Assembly (NCBI GenBank): GCA_963711835.1
Contig: CAVQFQ010000010.1
Coordinates: forward strand, 96,001-160,000
DNA: 64,000 nucleotides
Reading direction: 5' to 3'
From: an uncultured delta proteobacterium
GTDB lineage: Bacteria; Desulfobacterota; RBG-13-43-22
Shown here: in pieces, positions 10,738 through 23,856 of the stretch
How the letters are laid out: every line of letters begins with the position of its first letter
Numbering within the stretch: position 1 is the stretch's first letter
Notes under the pieces: model-generated
Database searches by the model: none
What the model was told of the DNA's origin: nothing
Seen by the model: only the letters and a program-made list of their open reading frames with translations
Program-made: the position numbers and the translations under genes

Positions 10738-12118
10738 TTAGAACTCCAAAGACATCTTTCCCGGATTGAGGATATTATTCGGATCAAATAGTTTTTTTAA
10801 AGAGAGCATATACTCCAGGGCCACGGGGTCATGCTCCAGGGGCATGAAAGCGGCTTTCGACAAACCGATGCCGTGTTCGCCGGTCAGGGTCCCTTCCAGA
10901 GCGATGGCCAGTTGAAAGAGTTCTTCAATGGCTTCCTTGACCCGACGGACCTGATCCGGATCATAGCCGTCGTAGAGGATCTGAGGATGAAGGTTGCCGT
11001 CCCCGGCATGGCCGAAGGTGGCGATCTGCAGGTCATGCCGGAGGGCAATGGCTTCTATGCCCTTGAGCATTTCAGCCACCTTGGACATAGGGAACGGTTA
11101 TATCCTCCAGGACGAAGTGGGTTTTGATCCGGGCCAAGACGCCGTAAGCCGATTTGCGGGCCTCCCAAAGCCGGGCGGCTGCTTCAGCCGAATCGGCCTG
11201 CTTTATATCCTGGGCCTGGTTTTCCCTGAAGACCTGGAGAATCTTGTTCATCTGATAAGCCGTTTCCTCCCGGGTATAACCATCGGTCTCAGTCAAAAGT
11301 ATGGCCTCCACTTCAGGGAGATTGAGTTGGGTATTTTGGTTGATGGCCTGGATGGTCTGCCGGCCCAGGATTTCGAGGACGCTGGGCACAATCCCGCTGA
11401 CCATGATCCGGCTGACCGCTCGGCCGGCATCCTCCAGATCCTTGAAGGTGGCCATGGCCGTGGAGGTGACCGTCGGCTTGGGATTGATTTTGAGGATAAT
11501 CTCGGTCACTACTCCCAGGGTTCCCTCGGAACCCACAAAGAGTTTGGTCAGGTCATAGCCGGAAACGCTTTTCATGGTTTTGGAACCGGTCCTCATCATC
11601 CGGCCGTCGGGCAAGACGACCTGCAGGCCAAGCACATAATCCCGGGTGGTGCCGTACTTGGCCCCCTTAATCCCCCCGGCATTGGTAGCCACATTGCCGC
11701 CCAGGGTGCAGACCTTGGCGCTGCCCGGGTCAGGGGGGAAGAAAAAGCCGTGAGGGGCCAAGGCCCGATCCAGGTCGGCATAGACCACCCCGGGCTGAAC
11801 GATGGCCAGGCGGTCCTCAATGCTTATTTCAAGGATCTGATTCATATGATTCAGATCCAGGACAATACCCCCTTTGATCGGAACGGCCATACCGGAAAGT
11901 CCCGTCCCCGCTCCTCTGGGGACCAGCGGGATTTTTTCCCGGTTGGCCAGCTTCAGGATCTGAGAAACCTCTTCGACCGACTCGGCCCAGACCGCACAGT
12001 CCGGACGATAATGATGTTCCGAGGCATCATAGGAGTAGGAAACCAGGTCGATCAGGCTGTCGGTATAGCGTTTTCCGCCTACGATGGCGATCAAGTCTTT
12101 TTTAATGTTTTCATCCAT
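10738..12118 (-). CDS. FAD-linked oxidase, GlcD/D-lactate dehydrogenase-like; frameshift near 11090
   Basis: PRGAGTG, PDPGS, TNAGG, GSEGTLG, GHAGDGNLH, GEHGIG, ILNPGK; the two ORFs join on removing one C at GTT CCC TATG. Confidence 0.88.
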
Positions 12119-12218
12119 GTAGTGCTCCCGAGCTGAGCTTTTCAATCTGAAAAATACTCCTTGATTTTTAACACAAAGTTACCTGGTTGTTAATGAAAAA
12201 AAGGCCAGCCCATTAGCC

Positions 12219-12247
12219 TTGACTTGTAGCCTATTCCGGCCTATATT
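12219..12247 (+). promoter_or_regulatory. putative sigma70 promoter of DUF362 gene
   Basis: TTGACT-17bp-TATATT. Confidence 0.6.
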
Positions 12248-12301
12248 TTTAACATGTTTGTATAAGCATTAACAGGCCGTATAAAGTAATAAGGAGGAAT
12301 T

Positions 12302-13627
12302 ATGGCTAAGGCAAAAATTTGGTTTATGGATGCCCGGGCGAAACGATTTTTGGAGTCCACAGCCATCAAAGGACGACAAATCGTGGAATACTCCGGTTGG
12401 TTGGATAACCTGCAAAAAGGGGACATTGTGGCCGTCAAGACCCACATGGGAGAGGCCTATAATGTGGGCTACCTGCGGCCCATCATCCTGCGAACCCTGG
12501 TGGAAGCCCTCAAGGCCAAAGGCTGCCGACCCTTTGTCACCGATACCACGACCATGCCCTATCATCCCTGGATCAGCCGCACCCTGGCCCTGGATCATTT
12601 GGAGACCGCCAATCGCAACGGTTTTAACCAGGGCACCATGGATTGCCCGGTCCTGATTGCCGACGGCTGGCTGGGGACCGATGATATTACCGTGGATTTA
12701 CAGGGCCGGGGAAATTATCTTAACAAGCAGTTCGTGGCCCGGGCTATTGCCGATGCCGATGCCGTTCTATCGGTCGCCCATTTCAAGGGCCATCCTGCCG
12801 GCGGTTTTGGGGGGGCGCTTAAGAATATCGGGGTAGGCTGCGCCAGCAAGCGGGGCAAAATGAACCTCCACGGGGCACTGGCCGGCGACAAGCCGGTTAT
12901 AGACCTTGCTCTCTGTCCTGGAAAAGAGTGTGACTGGTGGGAGACCTGCCAGGACTGCTGCCCGGAAGGGGCCATTCAGTTTACCGAAAAAGGGATTGAG
13001 ATCGATCAGGAGGCCTGTGTCTATTGTTTCGCCTGTGCCAACCTCTGTGTCAATATGGCCGGCGTAAAGGGGATCCAGCGTTTCGATCATTTGCCGGCCC
13101 TGGGCCGGAGAATCGCCGACTCGGCCCTGGCCATGATGATGACCAAAGAGGAGGGCAAGGTCTTCTTTTTAAACTTTGCCATGGATATCACCCCGGTCTG
13201 TGATTGCTATGGCTGGACCGATACGCCGATTGTCAACGGACTGGGTATCCTGGCTTCCTATGATCCGGTGGCCGTGGATAAGGCCTGTATCGATATGATG
13301 AACCAGGCCCCGGGGCTCATTAATTCCGAGGCCGAAGAGTTCGGCGCCCTGGAGCCCGGCTCTAAAAAACTGAACATCATCAAGGGCAAGGACATCGAAC
13401 CCCAGATCTACGGAGGGGTGGCCAATGGCCTGGGGTCCACCGACTACGAGATCGAAACGGTTCCCCAGGACCGGAGCCAGGAGGCCATCAATCAGTTTTA
13501 TCCGGAAGTACGGGCCCGAAAGCTGAAAGCCATGTATGCTAAAAATCACCCTTTAAGAGGCTTGGATACGGCCTCTTTCGGCAAGATCACCGAAGGGGTG
13601 ACCAATCCGAGGCATCCGAAAAAATAG
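12302..13627 (+). CDS. DUF362 family Fe-S protein with ferredoxin domain
   Basis: VAVKTHMGE, HFKGH, GGALKNIGVGCAS, CxxCCP/CxxCxxC ferredoxin insert, CDC, DPVAVDKA. Confidence 0.88.
   Translation: MAKAKIWFMDARAKRFLESTAIKGRQIVEYSGWLDNLQKGDIVAVKTHMGEAYNVGYLRPIILRTLVEALKAKGCRPFVTDTTTMPYHPWISRTLALDHLETANRNGFNQGTMDCPVLIADGWLGTDDITVDLQGRGNYLNKQFVARAIADADAVLSVAHFKGHPAGGFGGALKNIGVGCASKRGKMNLHGALAGDKPVIDLALCPGKECDWWETCQDCCPEGAIQFTEKGIEIDQEACVYCFACANLCVNMAGVKGIQRFDHLPALGRRIADSALAMMMTKEEGKVFFLNFAMDITPVCDCYGWTDTPIVNGLGILASYDPVAVDKACIDMMNQAPGLINSEAEEFGALEPGSKKLNIIKGKDIEPQIYGGVANGLGSTDYEIETVPQDRSQEAINQFYPEVRARKLKAMYAKNHPLRGLDTASFGKITEGVTNPRHPKK
13555..13627 (+). repeat. direct repeat copy 1: last 73 bp of DUF362 gene
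   Basis: matches 18243-18315 with 3 mismatches. Confidence 0.95.
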
Positions 13628-13753
13628 TTTGGTGGGGCTTGAATCGGTTAACGAGGGGGCAGGCCGATTTTGCTTCAGAAAATCACGTTCACCTACAACT
13701 AAACGGAATCGGTGCGGTTAAAATTTATCGATTACCGAAGGAAATGTGCCAAG

Positions 13754-13790
13754 AAAGGCAGGACCAAATGCCCTGGCCCTGCCTTTGTTC
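13754..13790 (+). terminator. putative intrinsic terminator hairpin
   Basis: AAAGGCAGG...CCTGCCTTT followed by GTTC, between convergent genes. Confidence 0.5.
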
Positions 13791-13898
13791 TCTTCTGGGC
13801 TGTGGCGGCTTCTTTATAAGCAAAAGGGGATAGGTGTTGGAATTAATGGAGTCCTTCCCCCAAACCTCCGACCGAAGAAGGAATCCATTTTATTAGAT

Positions 13899-13956
13899 TC
13901 CTAACGTTCCGGTTCAGCGACGGCGGTACGCCGTCCGCTGGAACCGGTTGTTAGCT
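13899..13956 (-). mobile_element. integron attC site (58 bp) downstream of katG
   Basis: minus strand AGCTAAC-aaccg-GTTCCAGC-ggacggcgtaccgccgtc-GCTGAAC-cggaac-GTTAGGA: R''/L''/L'/R' boxes, 5 and 6 bp spacers, extra unpaired base in L''. Confidence 0.85.
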
Positions 13957-14008
13957 GACCGTTTTTTCGCCGCCCTGTCAGAAGCCCTCGAAGACGTTTA
14001 TGCTACGA

Positions 14009-16206
<2,198 letters not shown>

Positions 16207-16263
16207 AATGTTTCCTCCTTTCGTTGTGTGAACTGTTGAACAGTGCCACTATGAATAATAGTG

Positions 16264-16303
16264 TAGTTTCCATCCGGAAATTTGAATTTCCGGACGGAAA
16301 CTA
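16264..16303. repeat. 40-bp near-perfect palindrome between perR and katG
   Basis: TAGTTTCCATCCGGAAAT-TTGA-ATTTCCGGACGGAAACTA. Confidence 0.75.
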
Positions 16304-16367
16304 ATCAAGTATTTTCGGAACCTGCCTTTTTAAATGAAACAGTCCGCTTCAAGTGTAAAGGACTACT

Positions 16368-16832
16368 TTACTTATTTTTCTTCTGACATTCCGGACAAAG
16401 ACCGAAAAAATCCAGGCGATGGTGCAGGATCTGGAAGCCGGTTTTCCGGCCCATTTCCTGGTTAAGGTCGCTGAGACCGGCCCATTTCGGGTCGACGATT
16501 TTTTTACAACGTATGCAGATGATATGCGGATGGGGAAAGGGTTTGTACCCGTCATAGCGGTTGCTTCCGTCCGGAAAACCCAGTTCCAAAACTTCATTGA
16601 GTTCCTTGAGCAGAATAATCGTCTTATATACAGTAGCCAGACTGGTTGTGGGAAAATCGGCCCTGACCCGCTCATAGACCTGGGCCACGCTCGGGTGCGT
16701 TTCATCCCGGGATAGGATTTTCAAGACCGCCAATCGTTGGGGGGTAAGGCGGAAATTTTTCTCCTTCACCCTGGAAAGCATAGTTTCCAGGCGATTGCCG
16801 TTTTCCCAGGAGGTGTCAGTGGATCTGGCCAT
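16368..16832 (-). CDS. perR: Fur-family regulator, PerR-like
   Basis: RLTPQR, HPS, SLATVYKT, HPHIICIRC, CPEC; directly upstream of katG. Confidence 0.8.
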   Translation of the reverse strand: MARSTDTSWENGNRLETMLSRVKEKNFRLTPQRLAVLKILSRDETHPSVAQVYERVRADFPTTSLATVYKTIILLKELNEVLELGFPDGSNRYDGYKPFPHPHIICIRCKKIVDPKWAGLSDLNQEMGRKTGFQILHHRLDFFGLCPECQKKNK

Positions 16833-16861
16833 GGTTAATATGACTAAAAAAATTATTTATG

Positions 16862-16911
16862 GAGAATTATTATTTCTAAAGATATATTATCAGAAAGGGG
16901 CCGGTTGTCAA
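16862..16911 (-). promoter_or_regulatory. putative perR promoter with Fur/Per-box-like AT-rich operator
   Basis: minus strand TTGACA-16bp-TAATAT followed by TTAGAAATAATAATTCT. Confidence 0.45.
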
Positions 16912-17219
16912 GAAAAATTATTTCAACCAGTGACTGTATCTCGCCGTCCTTCAAAAGGGCCTGGGTATGGACATCTCCGGATGCCTGGGGTTGTATGATC
17001 TGTCTTTAGGCAGATTTAATAAGATTTTGGGAAATACCAAAAAGGGTCCTACTCGGGGAACAGGCATCAAGGCAATGAAAACACTTAAACCCAAGTACAA
17101 TCTATGCATGAAAACCTACCGGAAAGAGAATCTCAGCACCTCGAAGTGAGAAAGTGGGCGATTTGTTAGCGGCCACATGTCAGACATATTCCAAACTCGA
17201 TCCGATCAAGACATCTGCT

Positions 17220-17924
17220 TCACCGGTTCGACTGGAAGCGTTCTTCCTTCCATGGATCGGCGGAGTTACTGTAACCTTGCCTTTCCCAGAATCCGGGCTC
17301 ATCGCGAGAGGTGACTTTGACAGCCTCCAGCCACTTGGCACTCTTGTAGAAGTAGCGATCGGGGATCACGACACGCACGGGGGCGCCGTGCGCCTGTTGC
17401 AGTTTCTTACCAAAGAAACTGTGCGCAAGGATCACGTTCCCCTTTTGAGTTTCGCTTATGGGAACATTGCTGGTGTAGCCTCCGGCGGCCTCAAAAATGA
17501 CAAAACCTCCACTTCTGCGAGGCCTGACTCTATCCATGATTGTTGTCAGGCGAACGCCACTCCAGCGGGAATCCAGAAGAGTCCAGCCGGTGACACAGTG
17601 AATATCACAGGTGATATGCACCTGGTCCAGGTTGAGCAGCTCCTGGTAGGAAAGGACGACCGGTCTTTCCACCTCACCATGGACGCGCAGGCTCCAGTTC
17701 GCAACAGTAGCGGTTCCAGGCGTGCCGCCCATATCCTGAATCTTTTCGACCGCCTGCTGCCCGGGGGGGAGACGGGGCCTGCCGTCCGGTCTGGTGTTGG
17801 CTGCCAGAGCACGTTGCTCCGCATCCGCGAGTTTTACGAAAGCTCCAGGCAACCCTATGCTCACTATGGTTCCGCCTGCTGCGGCCAGGAAGGTGCGCCT
17901 GGAGATCTTCTGGTCTTTTTGCAT
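17220..17924 (-). CDS. Tat-exported sulfite-oxidase-family molybdopterin oxidoreductase (MsrP/YedY-like)
   Basis: SRRTFL twin-arginine signal, RLPPGQ, DIHCVTGW (Mo-ligating Cys), HGAPVR, YKSAKW, GFWE. Confidence 0.85.
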   Translation of the reverse strand: MQKDQKISRRTFLAAAGGTIVSIGLPGAFVKLADAEQRALAANTRPDGRPRLPPGQQAVEKIQDMGGTPGTATVANWSLRVHGEVERPVVLSYQELLNLDQVHITCDIHCVTGWTLLDSRWSGVRLTTIMDRVRPRRSGGFVIFEAAGGYTSNVPISETQKGNVILAHSFFGKKLQQAHGAPVRVVIPDRYFYKSAKWLEAVKVTSRDEPGFWERQGYSNSADPWKEERFQSNR

Positions 17925-18242
17925 TGCCCCTCCTTTGTCAGTTGAGTGGGTCCTTGCCCCCTCGGATCAGCCAGAGCATCCGGGGTGATAGTTAAAATGG
18001 GGACGCTGGTAAGAAAGTAAGAAATTCATGGTTAACTCCAACTGATTCTCCTGAGCGATGTCCCTGCCTCCCTGGCAGCCCAATAGCAAAGAAATTTGTA
18101 GGAGGAATAGGGCCGCTGTTAGGTTATTAACTTTTCAACAGATGGAAACCCTTTTATCTCTGCGGCATCTTTCTCCAATACCACCCCTGACTCATCTCGT
18201 TCAACCTAATAACCTGACAGCGTCCCCTTTCTCTGTAACTTC

Positions 18243-18315
18243 AAGAGGCTTGGATACGGCCTCTTTCGGCAAGATCACCGAAGGGGTGAGCAATCCGAGG
18301 CATCCGAAGAAATAA
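18243..18315 (+). repeat. direct repeat copy 2: orphan 3' end of DUF362 gene
   Basis: encodes RGLDTASFGKITEGVSNPRHPKK*, near identical to 13555-13627. Confidence 0.95.
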
Positions 18316-18388
18316 TTTAAAGGTGTAATTTCTATAAGGGTGGATAGGGCAGAAACCGGCGGCCGGCGGATTCCCGAGCGGAGTTAGC

Positions 18389-19021
18389 TCACCCGATCAT
18401 CTCTTCGTACAATCCCCGTTTATCAATGATCCGGCGGGCCTTGAACTGGGTCCGTTCCAGGCTGCCGGGCGGCAAGGTCTGAACCAGGACCCGAACCCCC
18501 AGGACTTTCTTCAAGGCCTCGGCCAATCTCAGCTTTAAGGTCGCCGCCTGATGCTCTTCCAGGCCCAGGGCCATTTCGACCTGGACCACCAGCTCATCCA
18601 TGGTTTTTTCCCGGGCAATGATGATCCGGTATTCTTCCCCGCAGCCGGCCTGGGCCCGGATGATGTCCTCGATTGCGCTGGGATAAACGTTTTCTCCCCG
18701 GATGGTGAACATATCATCGGACCGGCCGTAAATCCCTCTCGGAAGCCGGGGGTAGGTCCGGCCGCAGGGGCAAGGATCATTGACCCAGGTCGTCAGGTCA
18801 CCGGACCAGAAACGAATCATGGGCTGAGAATCCCTTTCCAGATGGGTATAGACGAGCACCCCCTGTTCACCATAAGGGACCGGCCGTTTGGTTTCCTGAT
18901 CGACCACTTCCGTATAGACCAGATCCTGCCAGAGATGCATCCCGCGCCGCTCCCCGCATTCACTATTGGACATCCAGGGGGTCATTTCAGCCGTGGAGCC
19001 GGAATCAACACAAACGCCTCC
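18389..19021 (-). pseudogene. orphan 3' ~630 bp duplicate of the PaaK-like CoA ligase gene
   Basis: aligns with 20015-20639 at roughly 95% identity (manual count); 5' half absent. Confidence 0.9.
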
Positions 19022-19175
19022 GTTTGAGGGGACGTTGGTGCAACCGTTGCTTCGTTTAGATAACTATCCTTGGCTTTTCGACATTGATCGAGAATGTCCT
19101 TGGCTCAGATATTCAACACGCAACTGATAACATAGCCGTTTTTTACCTATTTCCAATATGTTCCAGACACTCTGC

Positions 19176-19233
19176 TCGGAACCGTATAACTCAGCGGTGG
19201 GTACCAGTCATCCTCTGGTTTTTTTTGTTGGCC
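19176..19233 (-). mobile_element. degenerate attC site (58 bp) overlapping end of DUF2442 gene
   Basis: GGCCAAC-aaaaa-AAACCAGA-ggatgactggtacccacc-GCTGAGT-tatacg-GTTCCGA; same length and spacing as the attC at 13899-13956. Confidence 0.55.
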
Positions 19234-19526
19234 AATGTTTCGACCTTATTGAATCTTGTATCACGACTAAAAGGTCGTGGTGCGGGAATACCAAAAAGCA
19301 TACCTTCAGCACTGATATCCTCATCTATATCAGGCCAATGTACCCCATGACCATCTCCTATAATTCTATAATTGGAGCGTTGCTTAGGTGTTGCATCGGA
19401 CAATCGCCAAGACCACGCAAGCGGGACACTTATTATCCGACCATCAACAAGTTGAGCCGTAATTGTGTCTTTGCTGACTTTTATATCCTTAATTTTTTCT
19501 TCTTGTATTTTCACCACAGTGCTCAT
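19191..19526 (-). CDS. DUF2442 protein, putative antitoxin
   Basis: LVDGRIISVPLAWSWRL...GVHWPDIDEDIS motif; low GC. Confidence 0.85.
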   Translation of the reverse strand: MSTVVKIQEEKIKDIKVSKDTITAQLVDGRIISVPLAWSWRLSDATPKQRSNYRIIGDGHGVHWPDIDEDISAEGMLFGIPAPRPFSRDTRFNKVETLANKKNQRMTGTHR

Positions 19527-19746
19527 ACCACGCCTCCATTATCTTGTCTTTGTTGTTTTTAATTATTCCTCGTATGGTATTGAGTTCTTTTGGAGAAAAA
19601 CCATAATTTTTTACCAATACAACAGGCTCCAGCCAGAATTTGCAGATCATCTTCTCTCTTTGAGTATGCACATGCATTTGCTCATTACAATCAAAGCTGA
19701 AGAAGAAAAAGCGATAGGGTCCTCTGATTTTCTTGACCGTTGGCAT
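19489..19746 (-). CDS. DUF4160 protein, putative toxin
   Basis: MPTV...YRFFFFS...HVH...KFWL...AWYEH motif; overlaps DUF2442 gene. Confidence 0.85.
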   Translation of the reverse strand: MPTVKKIRGPYRFFFFSFDCNEQMHVHTQREKMICKFWLEPVVLVKNYGFSPKELNTIRGIIKNNKDKIMEAWYEHCGENTRRKN

Positions 19747-20000
19747 ATCGTTCCCTATTTAAGCATATACGATCATCGGGCAATCATTCCTGCAGACCCT
19801 CACTTCGAAGAACCCCTTTTTCATTCCTTTTTATCATAAAGTCAATAATATTCAAATTATTTTCATTGGTTAGCGTTTGAAATCTGGCATGGCAAGAGAA
19901 AATTTAAAACAAGGCTTCAAGGAAAATTATTCGCGCAACCTGACGTCATTTGAATTTAAAATTACCCAGTAGTTACCCAAAACGCGACATCCATCACCGG

Positions 20001-21412
20001 TCACTTCTTTCCTACCATCTCTTCGTACAATCCCCGTTTATCAATGATCCGGCGGGCCTTGAACTGGGTCCGTTCCAGGCTGCCGGGCGGCAAGGTCTGA
20101 ACCAGGACCCGGACTCCCAGGACTTTCTTCAAGGCCTCGGCCAATTTCTTCTTTAAGGTCGCCTCCTGATGATCTTCCATGCCCAGGGCCGTTTCGACCT
20201 GAACCACCAGCTCATCCATGGTTTTTTCCCGGGTAATGATGATCCGGTATTCTTCCCCGCAGCCGGCCTGAGCCCGGATGATGTCCTCAATAGCGCTGGG
20301 ATAAACGTTTTCTCCCCGGATGGTGAACATATCATCGGACCGGCCGTAAATCCCTCTCGGAAGCCGGGGGTAAGTACGGCCACAGGGACAAGGGTCATTG
20401 ACCCAGGTCGTCAGGTCACCGGACCAGAAACGAATCATGGGCTGAGAATCTCTTTCCAGATGGGTATAGACGAGCACCCCCTGTTTACCATAAGGGACCG
20501 GCTTTTTGGTCTCCGGATCGACCACTTCCGTATAGACCAGATCCTGCCAGAGATGCATGCCCTGACGCTCCCCGCATTCACTATTGGACATCCAGGGGGT
20601 CATTTCAGCCGTGGAGCCGGAATCAATACAAATGCCTCCATAGCTCTTTTCAATAAGTCGCTTGGTGGAGGGAATGCCCGCACCCGGTTCTCCGGAGAAA
20701 AAAAGGATTCGAAAGGCAAAATCTTTTTTGGGGTCCAAGCCGAGGGTCCGGGCCCTTTCGGCTAAGTAGAGGCTGTAGGAAGGAGTGCCGTAAAAAACAG
20801 AGGGCTTCATCTGCCGGATCCAGTCGATGGCCCGTTCGGTCTGACCCGGAACTCCGGCGCCGAAAGGGAAACAGACCGCACCCAGGCGTTCCCCTCCGGC
20901 CAAGGCCCCCCAACTGCCCATATATAAGCTGAAAAAGGAGCCGATAAAAAGGATGTCGTTCGGCCGGACCCCGAAACTCCACATGATCCGGGCGTGGGCC
21001 TCGGCAATCCGGGTCATGTCTCCCCGGCTGATACCGAAGGCCGTTGGACGACCGGTGGTTCCGGAGGTGCCATGAAGCCGTTGAATATCAACGATGGGAA
21101 CACAGCTATAACTGCCGAAAGGGAGGATGTCTCAGCCTGATCCTCGCGGATTTCTTCTTTGTACAAAAAGGGGATCCTCTCAAAATCGCTCAAAGAACGG
21201 ATATTCTGTGGATGAACTCCGGCCTTGTTCCACTTTGCGCGATACAAGGGGGCCTTTTCATAGGCATGGGTCAGTTGGGCTCTGAGTTTGGGCAGGATGA
21301 TCTTTTCCGATCGCTCCTGCGGGTCCATGGTCTCTATATCCCGGTTCCAGTAGGGATCAGAGGGGGATGGATAGTAATGAGGATTATGTTCTGGGGGCCA
21401 TAAGAGGGTCAT
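20001..21412 (-). CDS. phenylacetate-CoA-ligase (PaaK)-family acyl-CoA ligase; frameshift near 21120-21135
   Basis: HGTSGTTGRPT, GTPSY, SGEPG, IRFWSGD, GRSDDM, GENVYPS motifs across the two joined ORFs. Confidence 0.88.
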
Positions 21413-21441
21413 GAAAAACCTCCATCTTAAAAAAGTTTGAG

Positions 21442-21846
21442 CTATGGAACCAACGAGCGCCTGGCGGCTTCCTGGATTTCCTGCACAATGGTCTTCATCG
21501 GTGTATCCGGACCGTAGATTTTTTCAATGCCTTGTTCCAATAGATAGGGGATGTCCCGCTCGGGGATGATCCCGCCCAGGAAGACCTTGACGTCTCTGAG
21601 CCCTTTATCCCTCAATAAACGGACCACCTTCGGAGCCAGGACACGATGGTTTCCGCAGAGGGTGCTTAACCCGACCAGATCGACATCTTCCTGCAGGGCG
21701 GCCTGGGCAATCTGTTCCGGAAATTGATTGCCTAAATAAATGACCTCCATCCCGGCTTCCCGCAGGAACTGGGCTACCGTTACCGCCCCGCGCCAGTGGA
21801 TATCCAGGCCCAACTTGGTGATGAGAACGCGTATTTTTCTTTCCAT
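21442..21846 (-). CDS. cobalamin-binding small subunit of acyl-CoA mutase
   Basis: KLGLDIHWRG (DxHxxG), GLSTL, FLGG motifs. Confidence 0.92.
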   Translation of the reverse strand: MERKIRVLITKLGLDIHWRGAVTVAQFLREAGMEVIYLGNQFPEQIAQAALQEDVDLVGLSTLCGNHRVLAPKVVRLLRDKGLRDVKVFLGGIIPERDIPYLLEQGIEKIYGPDTPMKTIVQEIQEAARRSLVP

Positions 21847-22054
21847 TATTTGTCCTTCATAAATACAGATCATCTCGGAGACTACTTGTCAGTGATCTCT
21901 GGAATGGCTTTCCAATGGACGTTGAATCTAGCTTTGAGCAGCCTGGAATCCAGTCTGAACTTTAATTCACTGGATTCCGGCTTCTGGGGAATAGACTGCT
22001 GCTTTAATGACATTGTAAAGACGTGTCTGAGACTTTTTGTTTTTATCCAGTTCT

Positions 22055-23762
22055 TCAAGTAATAAGCGGTGAATGCCAGAGGCCGAATTCATTCCGGAAA
22101 AGTTCCGAGATTTCGCCCAGGGTGGCCAGGGACTTGACGGCCTCCAGGGTGTAGGGGTAGAGATTTTCCTTGGAATGGCATTTGCCTCTGAGATGGTCAA
22201 GGGCCTTAGTGATTTTTCCGGAATCTCTTTCCCGACGCAATCGTTCCAGTTTAACCCTTTGACGGGATTCGGTCTCCGGATACTCAAAGACCTCTATGGG
22301 CTGGGATGGAGCCGGAACCCTGGAAGGCATTGACCCCCACCACCTTGATCTCCCCGCTTTCAATTTTTCGCTGATAGTCGAATTGGTAAGAGGCGATTTC
22401 CCGATGCAGCCAACCCTTCTCGGCCGCCGCAACAATCCCTCCCTGGTCTTCAATTCTCCGGATATAGGCCTCGATACGTTTTTCCAGTTCGGCGGTCAGA
22501 TATTCCAGATAGTAAGAACCGGCCAGCGGATCAACCGTCTGGGTCACCCCGGTTTCCTGCTGGATGATCTGCTGAGTTCTTAGGGAGACCAGGGCAGCCG
22601 TTTCCGTAGGGGCCGAATAGGCCTCGTCAAAGGAATCGATGTGCAGGGACTGGGCCCCTCCAAAAACAGCCGCCAGGCCCTGGAGAGCGGATCGGGCAAT
22701 ATTGTTCAGAGGCTCGGTGGCCGGCAAGGTAATCCCGGCGGTCTGAACATGGAAACGCATCAGCCAGGATTTCGGGTCTTTGGCTTTAAAGCGTTCCCTC
22801 ATGATCCGGTACCAGATCTTCCGGGAGGCCCGGCATTTAGCCACTTCTTCGAAGAAGTCGTTATGAAGATCCCAGAAAAAGGAAATCCGGGGGGCAAAGC
22901 CGTCAATCTCCCGGCCTCTGCTCAGCAACTCCTCGGCGGTAGCGACGGCATTGGCGATGGCGATGGCCACCTCGGCCACGGCATCGGTGCCGGCCTCCCT
23001 CAGATTATAGCCGTTCAAGCTGATAGGATTCCAGCGGGGCAGATATCGGGTGATCCAGTCCACCACATCGCATTGCATCCGGAAGGAAACGGCCGGAGGG
23101 AGCATTTCAGGAGCACTTCCGATGACCGTCTCCATGAGAAAGTCGTTCTGGCAGGTGCCGGATAAGCGGGTATAGGGGATGCCCCGCGCCTCGGCCAGGG
23201 CAAAGTACATCCCCGGGATAATCAGGCTGGTACTGGGAAGGTGGGTAACGATGGAAGTGCTGATACCGGCCAGGTCAATCCCGGAAAAAAAGGCCTCCAT
23301 ATCCGGAAGGGAATCCACGGCCGCCCCGCATTGACCGACATTGCCTTCCGCTTCCGGATCATCGGAATCATAGCCCCGGATGGTGGGCAGATCAAAGAGG
23401 ATGCTCACCCCGGTGGCCCCGTGATCCAGGAGATATTTAACCCGCAGATTGCAGTCTTCCGGGGCCCCTAAGCCGGCTAACTGCCGGATGGTAAAGGGTC
23501 GGCCCTGATACATGGTGGGATAAATTCCCCTGACAAAGGGGGGCGCCCCGGGGAATCCCGAATCCTGCAAATAATCCAATTCCTGGATGTCCAGTGGCGT
23601 GTGGAGGAGCTTGACCGGAATCCCTGAAGAAGTGATGTGAACGGCCTCCTCTTTCTTTTCTTCCGACTTAAGCTTTTTCTTGTGCCATTCCTGGTAATGG
23701 GTCCGGATCTCTTGAATCTGCGCTTCATTAAAAAGGAGGTTTTTAGGCTGGTTGTCTTTCAT
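22055..23762 (-). CDS. methylmalonyl-CoA-mutase-family large (substrate-binding) subunit, divergent; frameshift near 22305
   Basis: PFVRGIYPTMY, RQLAG, FDLPT, QND, EAG, EEVAKCRA, RTQQI, DPLAGSYY, ATLGEI. Confidence 0.9.
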
Positions 23763-23856
23763 CTCTTTTTCCTTTGTCCGGCGATAAAGAAAAAAGCCCC
23801 CTTTCCGGTGAAGGAGAAGAGGGCCGGGAGCGGACTTATGATTTTTTTTGACCCGG

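Noticed and set aside
18058-18315. 85-aa ORF as a real DUF362 paralog
   Set aside because: Only the last ~23 residues match DUF362; the rest is unrelated sequence read in frame.
19022-19065. Another attC half-site next to the paaK duplicate
   Set aside because: GGTTGCACC resembles an L'' box but there is no properly spaced R'' or partner arm.
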